Source: a virus (Duplodnaviria > Caudoviricetes). From it: a DNA stretch of 26,207 nucleotides. A program made the translations under genes and the position numbers. Location: positions 1-26,207 of IMG/VR virus record IMGVR_UViG_3300036779_000065. One strand, 5' to 3'. This document shows, in pieces, positions 25,885 through 26,207 of this stretch. Each line of letters starts with the position of its first letter. Positions within the stretch are counted from its first letter, which is position 1. Below the pieces are notes generated by a model that was given only the letters and a program-made list of their open reading frames with translations, ran no database searches and was not told the origin of the DNA.

Positions 25885-25932
25885 TGGCCAGCTCTACCAC
25901 GAAGCGTGCGATTTTGAGATCAGAAAAAACCG

Positions 25933-26181
25933 CTACTGCAATTCCAGATCGGTCAAGGACGGCATGGACTCTTCCGAAGAGCTGGGCGTAGGGAGCGCCA
26001 ATTCTTGCGGTGACTTCCAGACTATCATCAACTCGCCAGGGTAATCGGAGATCAGTTTTTGAGTGAAGGCCTCCTGCATCAGGCGGCGCATCCCGATCAC
26101 CAGCCCTTCCCGCAGGTGGTAAGCCCGGTCCAGCGTGGTGCACAGAATCGGACAGCTCACCCTTGCTTCTATCATGTTCAT
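25933..26181 (-). CDS. Hypothetical protein (82 aa)
   Basis: Same strand as the operon, AGAGGA upstream of the ATG, does not overlap terL. No recognisable motif. Confidence 0.45.
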   Translation of the reverse strand: MNMIEARVSCPILCTTLDRAYHLREGLVIGMRRLMQEAFTQKLISDYPGELMIVWKSPQELALPTPSSSEESMPSLTDLELQ

Positions 26182-26207
26182 CTCGTCCTCTAGAGTCAGG
26201 TCTAGCC

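Noticed and set aside
25850-26181. ORFs upstream of terL as the terminase small subunit
   Set aside because: No HTH or coiled-coil signature. The 25850..26143 frame overlaps both neighbours and looks non-coding.

Overview
The window is one minus-strand, tightly coupled late (morphogenesis) operon of a tailed dsDNA phage or prophage with podovirus-like (P22-type) gene order. Reading right to left: terminase large subunit, three small proteins, portal, small protein, scaffold, a five-gene insert (three glycosyltransferase-like genes, one fused to a SAM methyltransferase; a Tat-signal/collagen/tail-collar protein; a 2-TM protein), major capsid with a structured leader and a terminator, an internally duplicated head-tail adaptor, tail nozzle, tail fibre, a gp14-position protein and Gly/Gln-rich ejection proteins. 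The last of these (<1..1168) runs off the window and is missing from the ORF track. The standout feature is an intact YcaO + TfuA pair, the known peptide-backbone thioamidation enzymes, sitting between two ejection-protein genes with overlapping or abutting junctions. No separate RiPP precursor, protease or transporter is visible, so the working hypothesis is a phage-encoded system that thioamidates a virion/ejection protein, alongside a possible virion glycosylation/methylation module. All calls come from motif recognition and gene order by eye; no database searches were run.
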